Assembly (NCBI RefSeq): GCF_052425735.1
Contig: NC_135766.1
Location: forward strand, 26,908,001 to 26,972,000
Source: Oculina patagonica
Taxonomy: Eukaryota
Length of the DNA: 64,000 bases
Direction of reading: 5' to 3'
Position 1 is the first letter of the stretch; each line of letters starts with the position of its first letter. Shown here one piece after another: positions 13,217 to 24,353 of the stretch. The translations under genes were made by a program, and so were the position numbers. The notes under the pieces were generated by a model. That model worked only from the letters and a program-made list of their open reading frames with translations. It was not told where the DNA came from and searched no databases.

Positions 13217-13847
13217 CAGTTTGATTACTTCGCATTTCTTTTTAAGTTTGTTTACCAAAAATATTAAAAATAGACATTTCCATTATGTCCATTATTCATT
13301 TTAAAATGAAGTAATTTTCCGTTAAAATCTGTTTGATTTTGCAAATGAATTTAATTACAGTGCTAGCGAAGTCTTTTCAATCTCATAGCGAGTAAGCTTC
13401 GTATGGTGGAGAATGACAACTGGACTCCCAAAATGGCTGGAAATCGAGTCCACTACTCGGGTAGAATTTTAGTTTTTTGAATCTTAAACAACTGTCTGAC
13501 GTCATCGCGGGCTCAAACATAATTAACACCACAAACAATAAGCCAGGAATCTTAAGCACAATACTTCAACTACAGACAAGTTAATCCGGCAGAGTTAAAT
13601 CTTTTATTATTACAATGAGTGCAGACAAAGCTTGTTTGTCTATAAAAGCTAATTAATTTGATATTTGCTGCAAGCATCTTTGCATTAATTTTCATAACAA
13701 GTAAAAGTTGAGTGTTAGGTACTTAACAATTGGTACTGTACGCATTTTTTTTTAATTTGATGCCAGTTCGAACAGAAAAAGCTTGTGGTTTGGAAAATGG
13801 TGTAGACGTGTGATAGAGGACAGCTAAAGGTTGATGCTTAAGTTGAT

Positions 13848-14477
13848 ATGTCGAACTACGACTACAATAAGGGATATCGATGGTTTCGTTTTCAAAAGGA
13901 TTCAGCTATTGACTCATCTCTCCCGCCGCTTTCCAGCTATCGCTCTGTGAGAGAACTCAACCCTATACTCTGGATGTCACACGCCGAGCATGTAGCCAAC
14001 AATGAGAGAGGCCACGTACACAGCGACTCCAGCAGCGTGCTTAGCAGGACACACGAGGCTCCATCGCTCCATTTACCGATTATCCTCGCCGCGTCCGTTT
14101 CGAATGCGTCTCACGCAGCCCCTAGTGTCCATGTTCACGACGCTGACATTGTTGATTGTCACACAGACTATGGTAATACGGATGCTTTAGCGTTTCCGCT
14201 TTATATACCAACGCCTACAGTGTTAATGGGCTCAGATGCTGTTAGCCAACACTCGGCTGTTAAACGAACTCCAGTGCATAAAACGCGTACAAAACGCACG
14301 GGCACACGGAAACCTGGCAAGGACCGTACGAATCTCGCAACGCAAACAGGTCTACAGGATTGTTTGTTTATTCAGAACGGTATTCAGCGTTTCCCTGCCA
14401 GTCGCAAGGGATTTTTGTCGGCAGAGAAGGAAAAGGACATAAACGAATGGATAAATGGTTCAAAACCTAGCAAGTGA
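13848..14477 (+). CDS. Orphan 209-aa ORF, possibly a decaying gene or pseudogene
   Basis: ATG-initiated 630-nt ORF in AT-rich DNA with no recognisable domain. More coding-like sequence continues to ~14972, and AATAAA lies at ~15004. Confidence 0.3.
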   Translation: MSNYDYNKGYRWFRFQKDSAIDSSLPPLSSYRSVRELNPILWMSHAEHVANNERGHVHSDSSSVLSRTHEAPSLHLPIILAASVSNASHAAPSVHVHDADIVDCHTDYGNTDALAFPLYIPTPTVLMGSDAVSQHSAVKRTPVHKTRTKRTGTRKPGKDRTNLATQTGLQDCLFIQNGIQRFPASRKGFLSAEKEKDINEWINGSKPSK

Positions 14478-15356
14478 TAAGATGCATCATCAACATTATA
14501 GCAAAACAGATGCGGCTGCAGCTTTTAGTTTTATACAGATGCTGTTAGCCAACACTCGGCTGTAAAACGAACTCCGGTGCAATTAGTTCATTTATTAACA
14601 CCAGCGTTCTTTGGGAAAAAAATCATTTTTATGCAAATATCTTTTATTGTTTGACTCCTCCAACATGGCAGCCACGAAAACACTCTATTCAGACACGGAA
14701 ATTATCGTAGTCGAATGTTACTATCGAATCAGAAGATAGTGCGAGTATTCCGAAAAACTCCGAAGGTTGTCACGTCAGCTTGTCGTCAACTCGTTACGTT
14801 GTTACTTAGCAACAACTCTGCCCAAAGAACTTCGGGCTCGGACAGTTCAGTCTTGATTTCTTCGAGTCGTGCAGTGGAGTTAATACGCCCTTACTGTATG
14901 CTGGGACTATGCCGCAAAATGCAGGCCAGCGAAGCACACGTACGCTTACCGCTTTAAAAAGCCCAAGGCGTGAAGAAAAACGTTTATACTTTGTTTTGTA
15001 GAAAAATAAATGGGACACAGTTTGGATAGAAACTATCAATAAAAACTGAATTTGTTATGTTTACTGTCTTGATGGTACTATCTAAATAATCATGAAGACA
15101 TGAATTTATTTGACGAAGCTCAGTCATCGTTCACATCAAAATTTAGTCAATAACTTATTGGATCCACTCCTCCTCCTGCAAATTGCACCCTTTTTTCCAA
15201 TCTCCCTTCATTAACTTCTTTTCTTGTCAAGTTTTTTCCTTTCTTTCAAAGCAACATTCTTTCAAGATTCTTCCTCCAGCATTTCTTGTATTCTCGTCAC
15301 TTCTATTTAAATTGGTACCTCAAGTGTCTTTTTTTTCGAAAGGTACATTAACTGTG

Positions 15357-16579
15357 TCATTCTCTCCAGCGATGCCCGCATTTGCAGCACTTGTAGAAGG
15401 TTGTCATGGGTTCATCCGCTGACCGAGTTTGGATCTGCATGAAGTATGCTCTGTCGTGTTCACACTTGGGACAACGCTCTGTTGCAAATACAACAAAAAG
15501 GCATGTTACTGTCTATACACAATCAGAGCAAATATTTAAGGGAAAAGCAGCCAAGTCTGGGCATTGTTTCTTTCCTTGGTCATCTAGGGGTACCGGGTGT
15601 ATATGAAAGTAGTTTCTTGGGGGGGGAGTATACTGGGGACTGAACACAGCATGATTGTAAACAAATATTGTTCATTGGTGAGGTTAGTTTGAGGCAGGGG
15701 TGGATCTAGGGGGGATGGTGCAGTGGAGTGCACCCCTCCTGAAATGACCTGCGACTTTCTAATACAACTGGTATTCAGCAAAAAAAGGTCAGTTACGCCA
15801 TTCCTTAGTGGAGAACCAACTCCTAAGAAAAATCCTGGATCCACCCTTGTGAGGGTTTGAATTAAACACAAATACAAAAATTCCAGGTACACTCCCACAT
15901 TAATTCTAAAAGAGCATTTGTTAGGATTTTTCAACCCCTATAGAATAAATGTTCTGACATCAAGACTCATGCGAACTCTGAAGTTTAAAATTCAACTAAC
16001 CACTGCCTTTTTTATTGCCATCAATCATAATTATGGCAACAACCAACGAACCATAAAAACAGAATGGATCGAAAATGGATCGTATTCTACCAATCCAAAG
16101 AGGTTCGCTAAGATGATTTAAGGCAGCAAAAAGCGTAAACCGATAATCAGGGATTGAATTTCAGAGTTTGCATTTTACTGAAAACTGTAATAATAAGGCT
16201 CTTTCTGAACAGCTCCCTACCTTCTGTGGAATCGACATTTTCCCAGGCTTCTTTTCCACCAAGCACATCATCAACCTCTTTCAGTTTAGGGTACTTCTTA
16301 CTGGATATCTGCCGCACCAATAAGCATCAAATGTATGTCAGTTCACAGAGAGGAACTCAAGTATAAAGGTAATAAGAAATTACTAAGACTAAATATTATT
16401 GTGATAATGTGATTACCAACTCTAGCAGCTTTTTTCTGGAGAGGAAGGAGGGGCCATACAGTTACAATATTTGATGTTATATATCAAACATGAGACAGTG
16501 TTTCATCAGGATATCCAAAAACCCAGAAGAGAGTTGATAAAATTTGAGGTGTTTGGATAGCCGATGAAACACTGTCTTG

Positions 16580-16615
<36 letters not shown>

Positions 16616-17869
16616 AGCGTTTACAATGGCGAGCCGATAGGCGAACCATTATAAACGTCCATACAGATCGATTAGCTGAGCAGGAGTTTGTATCAAAAGT
16701 TAATTCTATTGTTTGATTTGTATTGGGGTTTACAGTTGTGTACATGTGATCTGAATACTGTGCTGGGATTGGTTTGCACCCTTATGAATATTTAATGAGT
16801 TTTACAATGTTTGATATATCTTGTCAACTGAAATAAAATCTACAGAGTAAATGGAAAAATAAAATCGTAAATGATTTTCTTTGTTTTAACTTGAAGAATT
16901 TTTAATGAGTTTGAGAAGAGGTATTTTGGGGCTTTCTGGTAGAAGTGAGTGGGGGACAGGGTAGGGGTGTGCATATATTTGTCGTGTTGTATAGGGGTAC
17001 ACCTGTATTCTTAGGGACCCATCTTAACTTTTTATTATTCTTAGGAGCAGACCCAACTAAACTGCCACGCTTTGTAAGCTAAGCAAAATGTTGTGCTATG
17101 CCGGATTTTTATCAGAGTATAAAGACACAGAAATAGAGGTTTGATTTCTTTTGTAAAATTGCTACAGGATAATTTTTTTTAATTTCCATAAAAATGGCAC
17201 AAAAAATTGGGCCCTACTTCTAACCGTTACAGCACATCTCCATGTTTTTTTTTTTCATTAAGGAGTTGGTTAACATGGCAGAGTGAATTGTAAAATGAGC
17301 ATGCAGAAATTTTTAACAGAAGAAGACTACAGAGAATGCCTCATGTTTCTTGCACTTCTTAGGTGTTCTTGAATTATATTACTCAATAATGCATTAGAAG
17401 CAACTTTAAGGCTTATAAATGGAGGAAAAAGCAAAAATGACATTAAGCCTGTTTCACGACAACCAAAACTCTTGGACACATCAGAACTCAACACTGTCAA
17501 CACATGTCAACAGGGAATAAAAAGTTAAAAAAGCCAGTTGGTTTTGAGCTAGATATCAAAGTTATCTATCACAATCCATGCTTTTCCATGGATAACAGAT
17601 CTATTTTTATTTGTAGTTTGCTTGTAGTTTAATCTTATTTGCTCCTTTTCTCTGACTGCAGGAAAATTATGCATAAACAAGTAAAAACAAATTTGAATCA
17701 GCACAAATTTATATACAGTGCAGTGATGATGAAATTAATCGACAACTCCTACCTTTTTCGTGATGTTATAAACATAAGGGCACGTTTGACAAGCAAATCT
17801 ATAACATGAAGGTCCTGTTCCTTCTTCTACTGTCAAAACATTAGAACAAGTTGGGCAAAATAACAACAT
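15357..17869 (-). CDS. POLR3K: DNA-directed RNA polymerase III subunit RPC10/RPC11 (108 aa, 3 exons)
   Basis: Exons 17869-17753 (MLLFCPTCSN..FACQTCPY), 16308-16221 (YPKLKEVDDVLGG.AWENVDST) and 15478-15357 (CPKCEHDRAYFMQIQTRSADEPMTTFYKCCKCGHRWRE*). All junctions are GT-AG and in frame. The ORF track missed this gene. Confidence 0.97.
15695..15849. mobile_element. Short CAG..(C/T)TG TIR element with 5-bp flanking duplication
   Basis: CAGGGGTGGATC..GATCCACCCTTG with TGAGG on both sides. A related copy lies at 44266-44409. Confidence 0.6.
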
Positions 17870-18324
17870 TTTGTCGATGACCTCTTCAGTTTTTCACATG
17901 GCTCCTTCGCCTTCTTGTATTCTACGTCATGTATGAGACACCAAATGTATCTTTTAGCAACATCCGCTGACCAAATATTGGATTACTGTACATCGTACTT
18001 TACACTTTTCCCTTGCAATTTCTCCTTTTCTATTTTTTATATCGGGAAATGCAAAACAAAAGCCAATAGACCCCAAAAAATAATAAAAAAAATAATAAAA
18101 TCTGTACTGAAAACAAGAATACAGTGTGTTGTACAAGTAGTAAAATTTTCCTGTGATCAAGCAAAACATAGCTTGCGCGAGCAGACAGAGTCCGTCCGAA
18201 AAATCCCAACCTCGTTCCCAGGGCTTTTCCCTCGGTAACTTGGAACGTTTACCAAGGGAAAAGCTCTGGGAAAGAAGTTTGAAAAACCCGCGCTCTAGGT
18301 TATGGTATGGTCGAATGAAGTAAA

Positions 18325-18335
18325 TCAACATCATT

Positions 18336-18382
<47 letters not shown>

Positions 18383-18432
18383 ATTCATCATCATCAACAA
18401 GATCGTCGTCGTCGTCGTTGTTGTTGTTGTTA
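18325..18432. repeat. Compound (CAT)n/(CGT)n/(TGT)n microsatellite
   Basis: Read directly from the sequence. Confidence 0.9.
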
Positions 18433-19245
18433 TAATTCCAAATACGGATGAGGAGGGAGGGAGGGGGCTGATCGACAACAATTTTGTTATTATTTCCATA
18501 TAGATGATATTACTTAAATACAATATCGCAAAACTCAAAAAAATATAAAATTACAATAGCAAAAGTAAAATTAAATTAAATTAAACGTAGTCAGTTACAA
18601 GGCTTTTCACTTTAAGGACTAGGATTACAGAGTTCTCTTATATGCGTTGCTTCGTATATGAAGTAACCTAGTTTTTTACAAATAAAACTGTCAACATTAT
18701 AAAATAGAGACACTGTTTTCTCCGTGTTATCAAAATAATTAAATTTCGGATATTTTCTTATGATGTCGTTTGTGATTTGTTATCTTGTTTTAATGAAATA
18801 TGAAATGAACTTCATTTTCAGTTTGGTTAGAGCAGCAGTACTGACAAATTCTGAGAGTTTCTGGTAATTTAGGAGTACAATGTCGCCCAGATTTAATTCT
18901 GAGATTATGTTACCCGATCGAAGTTTAAGTGAGCGCATGAATGATCATCTTCGCTAGGAGTCAGGTAGAACTGAAAAGACATCACTTTGAATTCAGACAA
19001 AACAGTGCTACAGTCAATATCATTAACATTTCATTGATTAGAAAAGGCTGAAAAATATAAAGACAACGGGGGAGCCTATATCAAGCCCGGAATATCAAGT
19101 AAGTTCTGAATGACGAATATAAATATCTAACTGCAGCTATGAGCAAAGTAAACTGGAAAGGAACAGTGTCAGCTCTGTACGTGCCGTGGCCGCTGTAAAG
19201 GGTATGGTTTTCAAGCAGTTTAGTCCGGGATAGGGTATAGAAATC

Positions 19246-19395
19246 CCACCCTTATGGGATCACTACCTTATCGTGGTAGGGTGGTTTGCGTGTCCCAGCA
19301 ACCCGGAGAGCTATGCCGGCTGGAGTCTTGTACTCCTGGTAGGGCCACCCATGCCGGACAGGTCGAAGGGTAGGGGCCTGACAAAAAGTGATCCC
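19246..19395 (+). ncRNA. HDV-like self-cleaving ribozyme (predicted) at the RTE 5' end
   Basis: P1 CCACCCU/AGGGUGG (19246-52/19278-84); P2 GGGAUCACU/AGUGAUCCC (19256-64/19387-95); P3 ACC/GGU with 7-nt L3 UUAUCGU; P1.1 A19270-U19285; candidate catalytic C19382 followed by As. Confidence 0.7.
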
Positions 19396-19671
19396 CTGGT
19401 CCTCCAGGTTGAGGGTTCGGCACAGGGCTAACAACCCTGTCCTGTAGAAAATGATTATGTTACGGAAACAGCAACAGAGGATACAACCACAACTGATTGC
19501 CATGGCCTTTCAGAGTCACCTCGAATGACACGGATGAATGGCAGTGGTAAAATCTGCAAGGAAGCCGCTGACAGGATTATGAAAGTCCTAGGCACAAAGA
19601 CTAAGACCAGAATAGGTTTTTGCTGCCCTACGTGCCAGTGGGCACAATGGGCAGTGAGTTGAGTTGAGTTG
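19246..19671 (+). mobile_element. Non-autonomous, internally deleted (bipartite) RTE-clade LINE with 14-bp TSD
   Basis: TSD AGGGTATAGAAATC at 19232-19245 and 19672-19685. RTE-type 5' UTR (GGGCCACCCA..GACAGGTC; GGTCCTCCAGGTTG..GGGCTAACAACC). ORF start MTRMNG..KTKTRIGF (19525-19620) is fused to an ORF end AALRASGHNGQ* and a (GAGTT)3 tail. Confidence 0.85.
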
Positions 19672-20499
19672 AGGGTATAGAAATCAGAGAGTTTTGGTCT
19701 GGAATAGGGTAAGAATTAAGTCCAGAATAGGTATAGAAACTCGGAAGAGAAAGAGGCTTTCCTAAACGTAAGTAAAATGACCTAAAATCATTGCGGTAAT
19801 GTTGCTGACAGAGAGTTTTCCATTAAAAACACTAAAAGGACCTAATTTTGCAACGCGGATTTAAAAAAGCGAGACTGGGATAGGTAGGATTTTCGGTGTT
19901 AAGTCTTAGTAGTATAGGTTTGCAAAATCAGCTGAACATGGTCTGGTATAAGGTAAGGGTTTCAGAGTCCCAGCGGCACACCCCCACCCAAAAATAAACA
20001 GAGTACCCCCCTCCCCCCCCCCCCCCACCCCTGTCAGCGTAGTAGGCGCCTGTGTAGTTTTTGAGCGCGCATCTCAATGGTAAACGCCAAAGGCGCGAGA
20101 CGGCCACGTGTAGTTTCCTTCGCAGAGGTGTGACAAACCACACAACGGCTGCGAAGAGGTTATAAGAGTCATGTATTAATTGCTTTGTCTTTTGCGTGCA
20201 AGAGACAAAGCCTTTCCACCTGAATGATAGTGCTCTAGATAGTGTAAGTCATGCATATGGTTGCTGACTTATTTGCCATGTGACTCGACTACGACTATCG
20301 ACTGTGTGGGGTGGGGTACGGACGGATTGCCCCCCTTACAATACATTGCGTGCTAGCTAAAACGAAAGATGTCAGACAGCTAGGCAAGTGTGAGATAAAG
20401 AAGAAATTCGATCTGTCTTATTCATGTCACTGTTGAGAGGCAAATATATGAGTTAAATCTACCATGACGTCATGATCTCTCGTCTCAATATATATTTTG

Positions 20500-20956
20500 T
20501 TATTTTTGTCATGGAAAGCATCACAAGCTGATATGCATGTGCGCGTGTGTATGTGATATTTCACGTTTGTTTTTATAATTCCTTGTCCTGTAACCACACG
20601 AGAATTTTATAACGTGATGCTCAGCCGCGGTTCTGTTGTATTTTCTTACAACAGAGGCGTTATAACAGTCATGTTTTCGCTGTTTGTCTAAGTTGAGTTC
20701 TTTATGCGACGTTTTATTGAGACAGATTTATTTTTGTCATGAAAAGCATCACAAGCTGACATGCATGTTCGCGTGTGTATAAATGTGATATTTCATGTTT
20801 GTTTTCATAATTTCTTTTATGTAACCACACGAGTATTTCAAAACGTACGCGTGATCATCAATTCTCTTGTATTTTCTCACATCAGACGCATTTTGACAGT
20901 CATGTTCTCACTGTTGTCTAAAATGAGTTTTTATGCGACGTTTTATTGACACAGAT
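20500..20956. repeat. Diverged tandem duplication, two ~228-bp units
   Basis: Units start TTATTTTTGTCATG at 20500 and 20728, and both end TTTATGCGACGTTTTATTGA.ACAGAT. Confidence 0.85.
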
Positions 20957-23473
20957 GTTTGCAACAAGATCAATACAAAATCACCCAGCGAACAGCGTTT
21001 TAGTCCATCAAAAGATAATATTTGTTTAGCCTCACTTTTTCAGCCTACAAAAAGCTTTCTACCAAGCTACACGGATAAAATTATCGATATTGCCAGAGAA
21101 AAAATAGTTTAATTTTCTTGTTATCTTAAATAACATATTTTAAGCTAATAACTCTGGTACTATTAGCTGGTTTAGCAATTTTAATAACTGTAATTTTGGT
21201 AAAAACCAAACTGTGCTGTTATATTTTTGTTGTTGTTGTTGTATTTTTTCTTTGTTTTTTCGTTTTCACACTGCTTTATTATTATGTTAGAAAAAATCAT
21301 TTTTTACAAAACACGCTGTAAGTTCAGTGTACCACACTGCTTTGAGCGAGTAATAAAAATATATTTTCACACTAATTTTCGCTATAAAATATTGGATTGT
21401 TTTGACATAAAACTGACATGATATACAGCAGCAAATACGATATCTCACATTTAAACGCATCAAAAAAAGGGTCAAAAAGGAAAATTGGCTTGTATAAAAC
21501 ATTTAACACGCACGTACTGTTGTAAACGCATAAATATTCTTTTTTATTGACAGTCAAATAGTACTTCTTTATCTACTTCTCAGGTTGGACGTAGCTTCAG
21601 TTATTTAAATCACGCACGTGGAAAACGCGATCAAACATATATGACGATGTTCAAAGCAGAGTAGAAATTTGAGCTCTGAACAAATAGCTTCTACGGAAGT
21701 ACTTAGCGGGGAGCCTTCTTTTCAAAGAATAACTGAGAAAAGCGTGGTCGCTCGACACGTTACAATGCTCCTACTAATTATCATTTGAAAAGCTTTTCCA
21801 GCGAGCTCAATTGAATTCGTAATTGCCTTTCTAGTCAAAATACGCATAATATTGAACAGCAAGTTTGCGTATCGCTTCACTGGATAGGCCATCGCCGTGT
21901 GTCTCGGAAGAATCGTATCTTGGTTCTTAAGTTTTGCATTCCCTGGACATTCAGCTTATAGCATCTGAAGAAGACTCGCATACTGTATCTTTGGACACTG
22001 GAGATCAATCTGGATGAGTAAACAGTGTGATTCGTGGCGCAGTGGAAATGAATCCACATTTGCTTTCATGGTCAGAGGCTGTTGTTTAGCGGCGCGTTAT
22101 GTGCAGTGACAGACCCTTCATCTTGAAATGTTTATCCGGAGGGGTTTATATATCACTACAAACTGCCCGGATAAAGTAAAGGTCAGTTAGAGGTTTTAAA
22201 TCGGCTTTTATTTAGTTTATGTTTACATTCCTAACAAGCTAAACGCGCATTTTAACTGAGCTTTGGTTTTCTTGTTCATTTTATGCAATTAAGTTGGCTA
22301 CGTCGAGAGAAACGCTAGCCTTAAAAGAAGTTTGTGCCTAATTATTCACCGGGTGTATTCAGGCCAGAACATAACGCTTTTTAAACAGTTTGCTGTAATG
22401 CTTTCTTTGCTTGTATTAACATATACCGCGTTATTGTTCAAGCATTACAATATCCATCCAAGTGTATCCGTTGCAGACAGTAAGCAATGATACCCAAATA
22501 AAAACAGCTATGAAGCTAACCTGTTCTGGAGGCGAGTTAGTTAGTTGGGGTGTAGCGGAAAAAATAGCGAGTGAAACTGAAAATGTCAAAGGCTTCTTAG
22601 CGCTCCGCACTCCCCAGCTACAACAACTCTCGCCTTGTGGACACCGCTATTACGGACAGGAGTTTAAGTCCTGGCGAAAAAGAATTACTGAAAATAACTC
22701 ACGCTCTTACGGACTTTCTCTATTGCGGACCCCAAATTGTGTGTCAATGGTTTTCTTTATAAATTGGAGTCGATCGTAACGAGTCACTGAATGCCTAGAG
22801 GGGTTTTTTTGAAGCAGAACTTTTAATCTATTGGCTAGCACGAAAACATCGGAGAAAGCAGGTTTCAAACAAGAAAACACTTGTTGAAACTCGATAAGAT
22901 ATTAGCGGGAACACGTTATATCGGCCAAGAGATAAACCGCCAACAAAAACAAAAAATTGTTGGTTTGTCAAAGTTGCTAATGATTTCCGAGGATAACAAA
23001 TACAAATGATTACAATCTTAATTGCCCAAACAGTACAGTATAGCATAGCAATATTTTCGGAGATTATATGAAACGGAAATACAAGCATTTCCGCCAACTT
23101 ACTTACAAACGTAAACGTTAAACGCATGCTTCTTAGCAGGTTTTCGAGATTCTGGTTTAAAAATAGAACAACCTGTCACATCAGAAGACGTCGTTTAGTT
23201 TTAATTTGTAAACGATTCACGTCCTTGTTCAGAGAACGCTAAAACATCATGATCTCCCCCTGCATAAGAATTACTACTACTGAAAAGTTATCTTGAGTTA
23301 AAATTATAATTATTTGTAACAAATATTGTCACTATATCAAAGATTGGCTGAGCAGCTCAAGGAATATTTCTAGCTAGTTTCCTTCAAAATTTTCCAAAAA
23401 TTTAAAACAAATAATAAGTCTTCTCCAGTTTTTATTAGAAAAGAGTAATAAGAAGGGATGCGTATAAAGTAAT

Positions 23474-23474
23474 G

Positions 23475-23505
<31 letters not shown>

Positions 23506-23638
23506 AATAATGACGATGATGACGATGATGATGCGCTATATAAATTGATTATCATTATCATTATGATGATGATAATGACGATGATGATGATGATGAGGAT
23601 GACGATTACGATGATGGTCATGATGATAATGACGATGA
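23474..23638. repeat. Compound (GAT/GAC/AAT)n microsatellite
   Basis: Read directly from the sequence. Confidence 0.9.
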
Positions 23639-23799
23639 AAACATGGAAATGCGCCGGTCGAGCGTTCCGGAAAGCCTGTTCGCAGGCTACGTAGAAGGCG
23701 ATGTTAATGACAATAATATATGGCGATGACTAACGACCAAGGCAACATATTTTCTGATTATCTCCTGAAGGTTAAAGCACGTATCTTTCTCCAGCGGAT

Positions 23800-23915
23800 A
23801 ATATCGGACCGGCGTGCGGAAGGTCATGGCTCCGCTTCCCGTTTGGGACTCCGAGTTTTTTTCTTTGTCCCACGTTCGTGAAAACAGAAAATTACATCTC
23901 TCTGAGTTTTTACCA
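23800..23915 (+). mobile_element. Partial, degenerate copy of the tRNA-mimic repeat
   Basis: GGAAGGTCATGG..TTCCCGTTTGGGACTCCGAGTTTTTTTCTTTGTCCCACG matches the copies at 30480-30545 and 57510-57580. Confidence 0.6.
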
Positions 23916-24353
23916 GAGTTTATTTGCGTGAAACCTGCTTCTTTTGTCTGTTCATGCAAAAGTTAGCAAGGAGATTTGACAAGTTTTTGTTACCATGCCA
24001 ACATGTCACATAATCTTTTAGAAAGCTGGAGAGTGTCCAGAACGCGCGAAATTTGTAGCACTTAGTCAAATCTAGCACATAATTTTTAGAGAGAGTTTAA
24101 ATGGGTGGGAAATGTTTTGAAATCTATTTCCAACTTTTTCGTGCATTCAGAGCGCGTCATGTACTTTTATGCAAAGTAAATGGGTGAAATATAAAACCTA
24201 CCGCCCGCTAAATTGAGTGGTTAACCCATTTACCATGTAGTGCTTTATGAAAACGAATTTAAATTTAAACTAATCCTTCTTTAATTGCAGGTTTTTGACG
24301 TAAGAACTTCACAGTTTCAACAGCAGTAAATTTGCCAAGGATACCGGCCAGCA

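Noticed and set aside
17954-18538. 194-aa ORF with poly-Met/poly-Thr
   Set aside because: The frame is produced by microsatellites and a palindromic repeat upstream of POLR3K.
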